Program-made: the position numbers and the translations under genes
Notes under the pieces: generated by a model
Databases searched by the model: none
The model's input: only the letters and a program-made list of their open reading frames with translations
What the model was told of the DNA's origin: nothing
DNA from: Candidatus Enterousia sp.
GTDB lineage: Bacteria > Pseudomonadota > Alphaproteobacteria > Rs-D84
NCBI GenBank assembly: GCA_045613785.1
Contig: JAZLBQ010000012.1
Span: forward strand, 55,364-119,363
Reading direction: 5' to 3'
Length of the DNA: 64,000 bases
Shown here: in pieces, positions 11,852 through 21,706 of the stretch
How the letters are laid out: the number at the start of each line of letters is the position of its first letter
Numbering within the stretch: the first letter of the stretch is position 1

Positions 11852-12923
11852 CTAGCCCTGTTGTAATGATGCCAGCATAAATTCGTCCAAATCCCCATCT
11901 AATACGGCATCAGAGTCAGTTTTTTCAACCCCGGTTCTAACATCTTTTACCAGTTGATACGGGTATAAAACATAGTTTCTAATTTGGCTGCCCCACTCAA
12001 TTTTTTTCTGGGCAGCCTTAGCGGCATCTTCTTCGGCGGCCCGTTTTTGCATTTCCAGTTCATACAGTTTACTGCGCAACATTTTCATTGCCATTTCACG
12101 ATTTTGAATCTGGCTGCGTTCATTTTGACAGGTAACCACGGTGTTCGTTGGAATATGTGTAATACGAACGGCGCTGTCTGTTTTGTTGACGTGCTGACCA
12201 CCTGCACCTGATGCACGATACGTATCAATACGCAGGTCTTTGTCGTTTATTTCAATTTCGATTGCATCATCAATATCAGGCCAAACATCTACAGACGCAA
12301 AACTTGTCTGTCGTTTGCCGTTTGCATTAAAAGGCGAAATTCGAACCAGACGATGGACGCCAATCTCATTTTTAAGCCAGCCATATGCCCGAACGCCAGA
12401 AATACGATAAGTTATATTTTTTATCCCTGCGGTATCGCCTTCGTGTTCTTCGATGACTTCGGTTGAAAATCCGTGCCTTTCTGCCCAGCGTGCATACATT
12501 CGTGACATCATTTGAGCCCAGTCTTGTGCCTCTGTTCCACCAGCGCCGGCTTGGATAAACAAAAAAGCACCGTCGTTATCTGCTGGTTCACGGAACAATG
12601 TAATAAACTTTGCCTTGTGTGCAGCGTCTGCTAATTTTTCAAGTGCCGATATAACATCTGGGTCATCGGGTGCGATTTCGAACAGTTCGGTCAGATTGTT
12701 AAAATCGGATTCCAGTTCACTAATTTCATTTAGAGATTTTTCCAGTCCCGATTTTTTTTGTAAAACTGCCCGTGCATTGTCGGGATTGTCCCATAAATCA
12801 GGGGCGTTTACCTGTTCATCTAATTCAGAAATCTGCTGTTTTAACTTTTCAGGGTCAAAGAAACCCCCTGACGGCAGCGATGTCGTCGGAAATTTGTGTC
12901 AAAAATTCATTAGTAATAATCAT
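11852..12923 (-). CDS. prfB: peptide chain release factor 2, programmed +1 frameshift
   Basis: SPF and GGQ motifs; 5' part MIITNEFLTQISDDIAAVRGFL followed by CTT TGA C. Confidence 0.97.
12854..12869 (-). promoter_or_regulatory. RF2 autoregulatory +1 frameshift site
   Basis: AGGGGG-TTT-CTT-TGA-C: internal SD 3 nt before the slippery CTT TGA C. Confidence 0.95.
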
Positions 12924-13019
12924 AACGATATTATCATATCAGTAAATTTGCCTAAATCAAATGAATGTTTGCCTTTTTTGTTTGGTTGTGTTAAAATTAC
13001 CACAACGAGAGGGATTTTA

Positions 13020-14267
13020 ATGAAGCATTTTCTTGGTGTTTTTGGTCTGATTGGTGCATATTTGTTGGGAAATGCCGCTTATGCGATTTCTGCTGGCACT
13101 GTTGGTGCATCTGATCAAAATCGTGGCAGTATAATCCAGACCCCCACAGCGACCAGTCAACTTCGTGGGCATGCTGGTGTTGCGAATGCCTATAAAACCA
13201 ATCAACGCAATACTTATTTTATTGTTAGTCAGCCTGATGTTGACACTGCCTGTCGTGAAAAGATTTTCAAGTGTTTAACTGATTATTGTGGTGATGTGAC
13301 TGTTGTTCCTGGTCAGCGTGAATCTAAATGCCAATACGCAACGGAAACAGAGTTGTATAATTATACCATGTTGTGCTTGCAACGTGATACTGAAATCTTG
13401 TTGCCTCAATATGGTGCAAACACACGCAATCACACAGGTGGCATGAATACTGCCGCACAACTATGTCCTTCTTATGTTCAGCAAGAACTGATGTCATATA
13501 TGTCGATGTCCAGTATGGCGAACCAGTTGTCGAAATCTAATTCTAACCTGTGTATTCAACGTCGCCAAGAACTAGAAGCGGCGATGGCATGCCACACAGT
13601 TGCTTTGACCTATGGAAATGAAACAACCAGTATGTTGACATCACAGCTGACAGATTATTGTGGGGCAGGTGTTCCTGGGGGCAGTGCCGAAATGGTAACT
13701 CGTTTTGCAAACGCAGGAAACGTTGGTGCGAATGTCTGGGGATGGGCTGAAAAAATCGTAAGTCTAAATCTGAATAAAAAAGGCGACGAATGGCAGGCTG
13801 CCGTTGATTCTGTTTTGGCTGGATATACCAATCGTATGAATTTGGCATGTGGCGATAATTTGCAGTTAAACACAGTTTCGCACCCAAGCAATGGTTCACA
13901 GCCTTCTGCATTACAGACCGTGGCGGCAATTGCCGTTGGTGCGGCTTTCCCAACAACGGAATCGCAGGCTGAAAATCCGTATGAAAATTGGTCTGTGTGG
14001 ATGCAGGTTGAATCTTTGAGTGATGAAATTTACACGTATGATCGTGCATTTCAATTGGTTCAGGCAGCATTGTCTAATCCGTCAACTACACCAAATGCAT
14101 TTTTTACCAGTGCCCAGATTGACGATATGCAACGTGCATACATTCGTGGAACCAAGGTGTTTGTTGTTCAGGACAGTGGACGTTGTTTTCTTGTTCCTGT
14201 TGCACAACTAACAGATGCAGAACAGTCTTTGGTTTCTCAGTCATTTGCTCACTGTATTGGGAAATAA
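13020..14267 (+). CDS. secreted Cys-rich hypothetical protein
   Basis: True start MKHFLGVFG..AYA signal peptide with GAGGG RBS; many spaced Cys. Confidence 0.75.
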   Translation: MKHFLGVFGLIGAYLLGNAAYAISAGTVGASDQNRGSIIQTPTATSQLRGHAGVANAYKTNQRNTYFIVSQPDVDTACREKIFKCLTDYCGDVTVVPGQRESKCQYATETELYNYTMLCLQRDTEILLPQYGANTRNHTGGMNTAAQLCPSYVQQELMSYMSMSSMANQLSKSNSNLCIQRRQELEAAMACHTVALTYGNETTSMLTSQLTDYCGAGVPGGSAEMVTRFANAGNVGANVWGWAEKIVSLNLNKKGDEWQAAVDSVLAGYTNRMNLACGDNLQLNTVSHPSNGSQPSALQTVAAIAVGAAFPTTESQAENPYENWSVWMQVESLSDEIYTYDRAFQLVQAALSNPSTTPNAFFTSAQIDDMQRAYIRGTKVFVVQDSGRCFLVPVAQLTDAEQSLVSQSFAHCIGK

Positions 14268-14374
14268 TAAAACAGAATAAACAACAGCACCCACAATGTG
14301 GGTGTTTTTTTTGTATAAACAAAATAAAAAAAGACGTTCAATCGAACGTCTGTTAAAAATATTTTTTTATGATT

Positions 14375-14683
14375 TTATTCTTCGACCAGAACCATTGTGT
14401 TTCCATCTTCTACAACCAGGTCTGGCTCTTCACTTGTGCTTTTGTTTCCGGTCCATACATAGTAAGAATATGGAACATCGCCGCCCTGAGCCTGAATTTC
14501 AATAACGTGCTTACTTGTTTCCAAAACCAAGTCATTTCCATTTGGTGATTCAACACGAATTACTTCGCAATTTTCATCTGCACAGTTAAAACCTTGTTGT
14601 CCTGCGACAATTTCATCCGATGAAGACCGACAGCCCGCCAGTGCTAACATCAATACCAAAAATGGCAAATATATCTTTTTCAT
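14375..14683 (-). CDS. small lipoprotein
   Basis: Lipobox LAGC. Confidence 0.75.
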   Translation of the reverse strand: MKKIYLPFLVLMLALAGCRSSSDEIVAGQQGFNCADENCEVIRVESPNGNDLVLETSKHVIEIQAQGGDVPYSYYVWTGNKSTSEEPDLVVEDGNTMVLVEE

Positions 14684-14787
14684 GTTCTTTATTATATCAC
14701 AATTTTAGTGCGGAAAAAAGCAAAAACGTATTGAAATAGGGGGCTTCTCTTATTATACTGACACGGCAATAATAGAGAGAATTTAAA

Positions 14788-15771
14788 GTGTATATTTATG
14801 ACAAGATTTATGGTGGCTTTGACGTTGAAGAGCCTGTTTTTGAACGTATAATAAAATCAGAAACTTTTTGTCGTTTAGCGGGCATAAACATGGGCTGTTG
14901 GTCGCCTAGTATGCCGTTTTATACAACGGATTACGACCGTTATGAACATTCGATTGGCGTGTGGTTATTGTTGCGAAAATATGGTGCAAGTATTCCTGAA
15001 CAAATTGCAGGACTTATTCATGATATTTCGCACAGTGCATTTTCGCATTTATCTGACCGAATTTTTGGAGATTCAGAATCTGCCCAGACTGCACAATACC
15101 AAGACTCTGTTCATGATAGTTTTGTAAAAAAATCTGAAATTGCAAAAATAATAACAGATTGCGGTTATGATTTAGACTTTATCCTTGATGATAAAAAATT
15201 CCCATTAAAAGAACTATCTCTTCCAGATTTGTGTGCAGACCGAATTGACTATTGTCTGCGTGCTACACTGCACTTGAAACACTATGGGCATATGTTGGAT
15301 ATAGACGTTGTAGAATTAGCAAATTCTTTTGTGGCTACATCACAAGGTTTTGTTATGCGTGACGTTGAATCTGCTCGCTGTTTTGCACGAACATTTAATT
15401 TTGCGGACGAACGAATATATTCGTCATTTGAAAATGTATTTTTTGAATCGATGATGGCTCAGATATGTCGTGATTCTATTGAAAGTGGAATAATTGCACG
15501 CAATGATTTTTGGGAAATGACAGATTGGCAAATCGTGAAAAAGATGCAAGATGCCGGTGTCGATTTTTCAAAAATGTATCGCAATCCTGCTGAATGGTGT
15601 GCGTGTTTGTGCGACATATCTGCAATAACAGAATATCAAAAGGTTCGTCGAATTGATCCGTTATTTATTTCTGCTGACGGCACAAATAAAAGACTGAGCG
15701 ATGTCGATTCAGACTATTCAGAATATATTAAAAGTATCCCTAAATACAAAGAATATAAAATTAAAATATAA
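14788..15771 (+). CDS. HD-domain phosphohydrolase (SAMHD1/YdhJ-like)
   Basis: RYEHSIGV, IHDISHSAFSH, ADRIDY motifs. Confidence 0.85.
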   Translation: MYIYDKIYGGFDVEEPVFERIIKSETFCRLAGINMGCWSPSMPFYTTDYDRYEHSIGVWLLLRKYGASIPEQIAGLIHDISHSAFSHLSDRIFGDSESAQTAQYQDSVHDSFVKKSEIAKIITDCGYDLDFILDDKKFPLKELSLPDLCADRIDYCLRATLHLKHYGHMLDIDVVELANSFVATSQGFVMRDVESARCFARTFNFADERIYSSFENVFFESMMAQICRDSIESGIIARNDFWEMTDWQIVKKMQDAGVDFSKMYRNPAEWCACLCDISAITEYQKVRRIDPLFISADGTNKRLSDVDSDYSEYIKSIPKYKEYKIKI

Positions 15772-15795
15772 AATCCCCAACAAGGGGATTTTTTT
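15771..15795. terminator. bidirectional terminator
   Basis: AAAATCCCC-AACAA-GGGGATTTT. Confidence 0.7.
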
Positions 15796-16291
15796 ATCGT
15801 TTATATTTTTTGTCTTTAATTTTGCCATTGCTAGGGATTTTATCGTGGTCGCATTTGAATAAATATATCAAATTTTGTGGGCTACAATCATATCCATCGT
15901 TTGAAATGTGGTGAATTTCATATCCGGACAGTTTGTTCCCCAGCCATGCTGCCGCTATCAAGCGGTATAAGTATTCGTTATTCAATTCCGGCACAATCAG
16001 CCACCCGTGTGGCTGTTTGTTTTGAATAAGTTTATGCAATGTTTCTGCCCCCAGTTGTTCGTCAGGTGCATGTTTTTCACAAATTCGTGCAATTTTATTG
16101 CCGATTTTAATGTGGCCCAAATTACTGGCCCAAGTGTTTTTTATTCCGGGGCAGGGCAACCAAGTTTCGTTCTGGATTTCATCAGTGCTAGCCCAGGACC
16201 AATCAGCGTCTTTTGATAGATAATAATCGTCGATTTGTTCGGTGTTCCATACTGCATCCACTAATTCATCAATCGTCCAAATATTGTTCAT
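15794..16291 (-). CDS. NUMOD4-HNH endonuclease-like protein
   Basis: ETWLPCPG..ASNLGHIK (NUMOD4-like) and YRLIAAAWL..IHHISNDGYD...NLIYL...H (HNH_3-like). Confidence 0.7.
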   Translation of the reverse strand: MNNIWTIDELVDAVWNTEQIDDYYLSKDADWSWASTDEIQNETWLPCPGIKNTWASNLGHIKIGNKIARICEKHAPDEQLGAETLHKLIQNKQPHGWLIVPELNNEYLYRLIAAAWLGNKLSGYEIHHISNDGYDCSPQNLIYLFKCDHDKIPSNGKIKDKKYKR

Positions 16292-16544
16292 AAATATATT
16301 CCTTATTTTTTATAACATGAACATACCGACAAAAAATGGAATTGCAAACAAAACAATGATAAAAATGCCACAGAATTTCAGCATGTCAACAAAGATTTTA
16401 CTGCCAATTTTCATTTTTTTATCGCTCCATACACAGGCATTTTATCTGTCGTTGTTACGGTGTGCAACTGTTTCTTCCTTTTTTTTGTTTTTTTGTGCTA
16501 TAATATACGGCATATTAAAAAAGTTGCGTGAAGGTCGTGAATAA

Positions 16545-16572
16545 AAAAATACCCCGTTGGGGGTATTTTTTT
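16545..16572. terminator. bidirectional terminator at the tRNA-Ser 3' end
   Basis: AAAAATACCCC-GTTG-GGGGTATTTTT. Confidence 0.75.
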
Positions 16573-16579
16573 ATTATCC

Positions 16580-16670
16580 TGGCGGAGACGAAGGGATTCG
16601 AACCCTTGATGCCCTTGCGAGCATACCACATTTCCAATGTGGCGCACTAGACCAACTATGCGACGTCTCC
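16580..16670 (-). tRNA. tRNA-Ser(GGA)
   Basis: GGAGACG..CCACA-TT-GGA-AA-TGTGG, long variable arm, GCCA end. Confidence 0.95.
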
Positions 16671-16680
16671 GAATTATGAA

Positions 16681-17076
16681 TTATTCTGCATCGTCGCCGT
16701 TGTCAGAATCTGCTTCGTCGTCTGATTCAACGACTGCACTTGTTTCTTCTGTCAAGACATCGTCCAATTCTGCGTCAATTACACGCAATTCTGGATTTTC
16801 GCTGCCGACTTCCAATGTTTCTTCGCCTGCTTCTGCACTTGGTGCATCTTTATAAGACTGAACAAATTCGTGACGAACAGTATCGACGTTTAATTTGCCG
16901 CTGGCGATTTCACGCAATGCAACAACTGTCATTTTGTCATTGTTTTTTTCAACGACGGCTTCTGCACCACCGTTCAGATCACGAACACGCTGTGATGCCA
17001 GCATGCCAACCTCATATCGGCTTTCCATTTTCAATTCTTTCTTTGACAATATGTCAGAAATTGTTGTGCGTGCCAT
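16681..17076 (-). CDS. rpoZ: RNA polymerase omega subunit
   Basis: MART..RYE..LASQR..DKMTVVALREIA, acidic tail typical of alphaproteobacteria. Confidence 0.9.
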   Translation of the reverse strand: MARTTISDILSKKELKMESRYEVGMLASQRVRDLNGGAEAVVEKNNDKMTVVALREIASGKLNVDTVRHEFVQSYKDAPSAEAGEETLEVGSENPELRVIDAELDDVLTEETSAVVESDDEADSDNGDDAE

Positions 17077-17128
17077 AATTTAATTCCTTTGTTGAAATCA
17101 TTTTTAACCAGGCTATAATGCCCTATGG

Positions 17129-18391
17129 ATGGTAAAAATGCAAGCAGAAAATAAAAAAAACAATATAAAAACATTATCTTTTGGTTGTCGGCTGAATACA
17201 TTGGAATCTGAAAAGATTCAAGAAATGCTTTCGTCGCACTTGTCAGCGGCGATTGTCGTCAACACTTGTGCTGTCACGGCCGAGGCTGAACGTCAATCTG
17301 GTCAAGCAGTCCGTAAGATTGCTCGTGAAAATCCAAATGCACCAATTTTTGTAACGGGCTGTGCCGCAACACGCAATCCTGGTTTGTTTTCCCAGATAAC
17401 TAACACAATCACTGTTCCAAATTCTGAAAAGTTGCACTTGGCGGCATATCTTGACGGTCTGGCGACTGCATCATGTGATATAAAAAGTCCTCAGATTTCA
17501 AGGTTTAATCACACTGATTCCCGGCTGTCTAAACAGTTTGTTCAGATTCAAAATGGTTGTAATCACAGTTGTGCGTATTGTATTACACGTGCCTTGCGTG
17601 GTCCGTCGGTTTCGTTTGAATATAAAGGCATTTTATCTGATGTTGTTGCTGCTGTGCAAAATGGTTTTAGTGAAATTGTTTTGACAGGGATAGATATTGC
17701 GTCATATGTGAAAAAGCAGGGCGACAAAGTGTTTTTATTATCTGATTTATGTCGTTGTTTATTGCGTGATGTTCCGCAGATTCAGCGTCTTCGTCTGTCG
17801 TCTGTTGATCCTGCTGTTCCAGATGTTGCTAATATCATAGATTTAATATTATCAGAACCACGAATGATGCCACATATGCATTTTTCTATGCAGTCTGGTT
17901 CGGATACGATTTTGCGTTCTATGGGGCGTCGTCATAATGCAGAAATGGTTCGTAACTTGGTAAAACGTGCCAATGGAAAGATTACATTCAGTTGGGATAT
18001 TATCTGTGGTTTTCCTGGTGAATCAGACGACTTGTTCCAAGAAACATTGGAACTGGTCAACGAAACCAAGCCGATTAAAATTCATGCGTTTCCTTTTTCG
18101 CCACGTCCAGGCACGCCTGCGGCAGTTATGCCAAATCAGATTGATCGTTCTGTGTCTAAGGGGCGTGTTCATATAATTGATGATGCGGCAAACAAAAATC
18201 GCATTGATTTTATGCAGACGCAAATTGGCAAGACAGTTTCTGTCCTGGCTGAACAAAACAACATTGCCCGCTGTCCGCACGATATTCCGGTAAAAATTCA
18301 AGGTTCTGATATTGTTTCACGTCAAATATACGAAGTAAAAATAACCGGGGTTCAGGATGATTATTTTATTGGCAATGTGATTTATAATTGA
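17129..18391 (+). CDS. mtaB: tRNA methylthiotransferase (radical SAM), MtaB type
   Basis: FGCRLN..ES, NTCAVT..AE, TGCAA, CNHSCAYC. Confidence 0.85.
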   Translation: MVKMQAENKKNNIKTLSFGCRLNTLESEKIQEMLSSHLSAAIVVNTCAVTAEAERQSGQAVRKIARENPNAPIFVTGCAATRNPGLFSQITNTITVPNSEKLHLAAYLDGLATASCDIKSPQISRFNHTDSRLSKQFVQIQNGCNHSCAYCITRALRGPSVSFEYKGILSDVVAAVQNGFSEIVLTGIDIASYVKKQGDKVFLLSDLCRCLLRDVPQIQRLRLSSVDPAVPDVANIIDLILSEPRMMPHMHFSMQSGSDTILRSMGRRHNAEMVRNLVKRANGKITFSWDIICGFPGESDDLFQETLELVNETKPIKIHAFPFSPRPGTPAAVMPNQIDRSVSKGRVHIIDDAANKNRIDFMQTQIGKTVSVLAEQNNIARCPHDIPVKIQGSDIVSRQIYEVKITGVQDDYFIGNVIYN

Positions 18392-18404
18392 TAATATCCC
18401 AGAT

Positions 18405-19580
18405 ATGAAAAAGAAATTACTAGCAATCTTTATGATTTTATTGTCCACCGCTGCTAATGCAGAGTATAAGACCCGTGCAAAATCCGCCTTTTTGATTGAT
18501 TATGATTCTGGGGCGGAAATTGTTGCGAAAAATGCAGATACGCTTATGCCGCCATCTTCGATGATAAAACTAATGACGTTGGCTGTTCTGTTTGATGAAT
18601 TGGCAGCGGGTAATATAACAATGGATACACGGTTTCCTGTCAGCGAAAATGCCGACTATAATCGTCCAGAATGGTATCCTGCCAGCAAGATTTGTTTAGT
18701 TGCAGGTCAAACAATAACTGTTCGTGATTTGATTTTAGGATTGATTGTTTTATCTGGTGGCGATGCGTCTGTTGTGGTTGCTGAAAAGCTTGCCGGATCC
18801 GAGGCACAGTTTACCACAAAGATGGAGGCAAAGGCTCGCAGTATTGGTATGGCTCAGTCAACATTTGGCAACGCCAGTGGACTGCCAAATCCAAACAATT
18901 TGATGACCAGTCGTGAATTGGCAATATTGGCTCAGCACTTGATTGGTGATTATCCAGACATTTATCCAATGTTTGCAACCAAGCGTTTTGAATACAAAGA
19001 ACACAAAACAGACTGGTGTCGTGAATGGGGTCGAACCCACACAGTAAATTATAATAAATTGCTGTTTAATATGCGTGGTGCAGACGGGTTAAAGACCGGG
19101 CATACCAACGACGGTGGTTATGGAATGGTTGCCAGTGCAAAAATCGGTGGTCGTCGATTGATTGGTGTTATAAATGGCTTTAATGGCAAAGGACACGATG
19201 CATTGGCAACTGAAATGAAGAAGTTATTAGAACACGGTTTTGCAACGACTATGAACAAGGTTTTTTATCAGCCAGGCGATGTTGTCGCCGAAATTCCGGT
19301 TTGGTATGGACGTAATGCAAATGTTGCAGCAACTGTTGAAAAGCCTTTTGCGATAACTGTTTCTAAAAAAGACGGTTTGTCTGGTGTTCGTGTTTTGGCA
19401 CGCTTTAATGAACCGTTAAATGCACCTGTGAATCAAGGACAAGAAATTGGTGAATTGATTGCAGAACAAAATGGTCAGGTTTTGGTGCGTGCACCATTGG
19501 TCGCCAAAGACCAAGTTCGTAAAATTCAATTCTTTGGTCGTGTTATAAAAAATATCAAGGTAATGTTTGGTTGGAATTAA
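18405..19580 (+). CDS. D-alanyl-D-alanine carboxypeptidase (PBP5/6 family)
   Basis: SMIK, SGG, KTG motifs, signal peptide. Confidence 0.9.
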   Translation: MKKKLLAIFMILLSTAANAEYKTRAKSAFLIDYDSGAEIVAKNADTLMPPSSMIKLMTLAVLFDELAAGNITMDTRFPVSENADYNRPEWYPASKICLVAGQTITVRDLILGLIVLSGGDASVVVAEKLAGSEAQFTTKMEAKARSIGMAQSTFGNASGLPNPNNLMTSRELAILAQHLIGDYPDIYPMFATKRFEYKEHKTDWCREWGRTHTVNYNKLLFNMRGADGLKTGHTNDGGYGMVASAKIGGRRLIGVINGFNGKGHDALATEMKKLLEHGFATTMNKVFYQPGDVVAEIPVWYGRNANVAATVEKPFAITVSKKDGLSGVRVLARFNEPLNAPVNQGQEIGELIAEQNGQVLVRAPLVAKDQVRKIQFFGRVIKNIKVMFGWN

Positions 19581-19582
19581 AA

Positions 19583-20488
19583 ATGGCACCACGTAAGAAG
19601 ATAGTTGATGAATATAATTTTCCGCACCCAATGGATAATGATTATCTGGTTGGGCATGGGGAAACATTGCGTAATTTTACAAATGCGTGGGCACAACGTG
19701 AAGCGCATCCGATACATCCTGTTTGGATGCTGGCTGGGCCTAGTGGCATTGGCAAGGCGACCTTGGCATATAAAATTGCCAAGATGGTATATGGCAATGT
19801 TGGTGATTTCTTTATTATTGATATAGAACGTAATCTGGACAAAGACGGTCGCTCAAAAACTGACAGCAAGGTCATATCTGTTCATACTGTTCGTAATATG
19901 ATTGATAAAATGCAGATGTCTTCAATGTCTGGTGGCTGGCGTGTAGTTCTGATTGATTCTGTTGACCAGCTAAATACGGCTGCATCAAATGCAATATTAA
20001 AATTACTGGAAGAGCCACCTGCAAAAACGTTGTTTTTATTGGTTGTTCATCAGTTGTCAAATGTTCTACCGACTGTTCGATCACGTGCTCGTGTTGAAAA
20101 AATGCGACCCTTATCGATATCTCAGTTGCGTGAACTGTGTGCAAAATTTATTCCCGAAGACGAAGTTAGCACCGCAACACTTCGGCTGGCAAACGGCAGT
20201 TTTGGCAAGATTGCAAACCTGAAACGTTCTGGTGGCGATGTGATTCACGACGAACTGATAGAAATGTTATCAGACCAGCGTTCAACCAGTGCAGACGCAA
20301 TGGCATTGGCTAAAAAGATTTCTTCTGCACCAGAATTGCATGGAATTTTGCTGGACGCAGTGGCATATTTTGGCTTGGCTGATTTGTATCCTGTTGCTAC
20401 ACGTGCACTTGCTGATATCAAGATACTGAATCTAGAAGCCGAAACAGGTATTTTCAAGATTATTATGGAAATAAAAAAATGTTTATAG
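19583..20488 (+). CDS. holB: DNA polymerase III delta-prime subunit
   Basis: GPSGIGKATLA, ASNAILKLLEEPP, LPTVRSR. Confidence 0.88.
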   Translation: MAPRKKIVDEYNFPHPMDNDYLVGHGETLRNFTNAWAQREAHPIHPVWMLAGPSGIGKATLAYKIAKMVYGNVGDFFIIDIERNLDKDGRSKTDSKVISVHTVRNMIDKMQMSSMSGGWRVVLIDSVDQLNTAASNAILKLLEEPPAKTLFLLVVHQLSNVLPTVRSRARVEKMRPLSISQLRELCAKFIPEDEVSTATLRLANGSFGKIANLKRSGGDVIHDELIEMLSDQRSTSADAMALAKKISSAPELHGILLDAVAYFGLADLYPVATRALADIKILNLEAETGIFKIIMEIKKCL

Positions 20489-21237
20489 ATACACATTGCC
20501 ATTTAACAGAAAACTATAACGATGGTTCTGATGCGGTTGATGTGATAAATCGTGCGGTGGCATCAGGTGTTGGTGTTATGGTTTGTCCAACGGCTGATCC
20601 TGCTGATATTTCATCTGCAATACGCCTGGCAAACAAGCACAAGAATATCTTTTGCACAATTGGTATTCATCCAGAATACGCCCTTGTGGACGCAGCGTTG
20701 TATTTGACAGATGATATATTGACTAATCCACGGGTTGTTGGTGTGGGTGAAATTGGTCTGGATTATCATTGTGGCACAGAAACAAGAACGCAACAAATCG
20801 CATTGTTTGAACAGCAACTAGAAATTGCACGTCGTTTAAAACTGCCTGTTGCAATTCATACACGTGATGCAGAATCAGACACATCTGCAATATTAAATGG
20901 CGACATTACCGGTGTTATGCATTGTTATACCAGTTCATATGATTTGGCGAAAAAAATGTTAGATCGTGGGTTTTATTTTTCGGCCAGTGGGATTTTAACT
21001 TTCAAGAACGCATTTGACATTCGTGAAACGTTTGCCAAGATTCCGCTTGATAGGATTGTAATTGAAACAGATGCCCCATATTGTGCACCTGTTCCATATC
21101 GGGGCAAGGTGTGCGAGCCATCTATGGTTGTTGAAACGGCACGTTGTTTGGCTGATATAAAGGGCTTGCCTTTGCATGAATTGGAAACTATACTGATGGA
21201 TAATGTAAAAAGATTATACCCAAAGATAGAATTATAA
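20479..21237 (+). CDS. TatD-family DNase (YcfH-like)
   Basis: DTHCH, GEIGLDY, HTRDA, HCY, ETDAPY. Confidence 0.92.
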   Translation: MFIDTHCHLTENYNDGSDAVDVINRAVASGVGVMVCPTADPADISSAIRLANKHKNIFCTIGIHPEYALVDAALYLTDDILTNPRVVGVGEIGLDYHCGTETRTQQIALFEQQLEIARRLKLPVAIHTRDAESDTSAILNGDITGVMHCYTSSYDLAKKMLDRGFYFSASGILTFKNAFDIRETFAKIPLDRIVIETDAPYCAPVPYRGKVCEPSMVVETARCLADIKGLPLHELETILMDNVKRLYPKIEL

Positions 21238-21238
21238 A

Positions 21239-21706
21239 ATGGCACGACAGATAATAAAATCAGGACAGGTTTCCGAAAACCGCAAAGCCCGCTTTAATTA
21301 CAGTATCGAAGATACTATCGAAGCAGGTATTTCGCTAACTGGTGCAGAGATTAAATCAATTCGTTATGGATTGGTAACTATTGTTGATGGCTTTGTTCAG
21401 CGTCGTGGTGATAATTTATTTTTGGCAGGGGTTGAAATTCAGAAATTACCAACAGCGGCTCGCATTGTAAATTTTGATGAGCGTCGTTCACGTCAGTTAT
21501 TGCTACATCGCAATCAAATAAACCGTCTGATTGGAAAGTTGCAAGAAAAGGGTGCGACAATTGTTCCGTTAAAATTGTATTTCAACAATCGTGGCAAGTT
21601 AAAGGTTTTGCTTGGTGTTGGTTATGGTAAAAACAAGGTTGATAAGCGTGAAACAATCAAGCAACGTGAATGGAATAAAAACAAGGCACGTTTATTAAAG
21701 GGCTAG
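21239..21706 (+). CDS. smpB: SsrA-binding protein
   Basis: NRKARFNY, EAGISLTGAEIKSIR, DKRETIKQRE. Confidence 0.96.
   Translation: MARQIIKSGQVSENRKARFNYSIEDTIEAGISLTGAEIKSIRYGLVTIVDGFVQRRGDNLFLAGVEIQKLPTAARIVNFDERRSRQLLLHRNQINRLIGKLQEKGATIVPLKLYFNNRGKLKVLLGVGYGKNKVDKRETIKQREWNKNKARLLKG

Noticed and set aside
12615-13019. N-terminal 135 aa of the 550-aa ORF
   Set aside because: Antisense shadow of prfB; the RBS and signal peptide point to ATG 13020.
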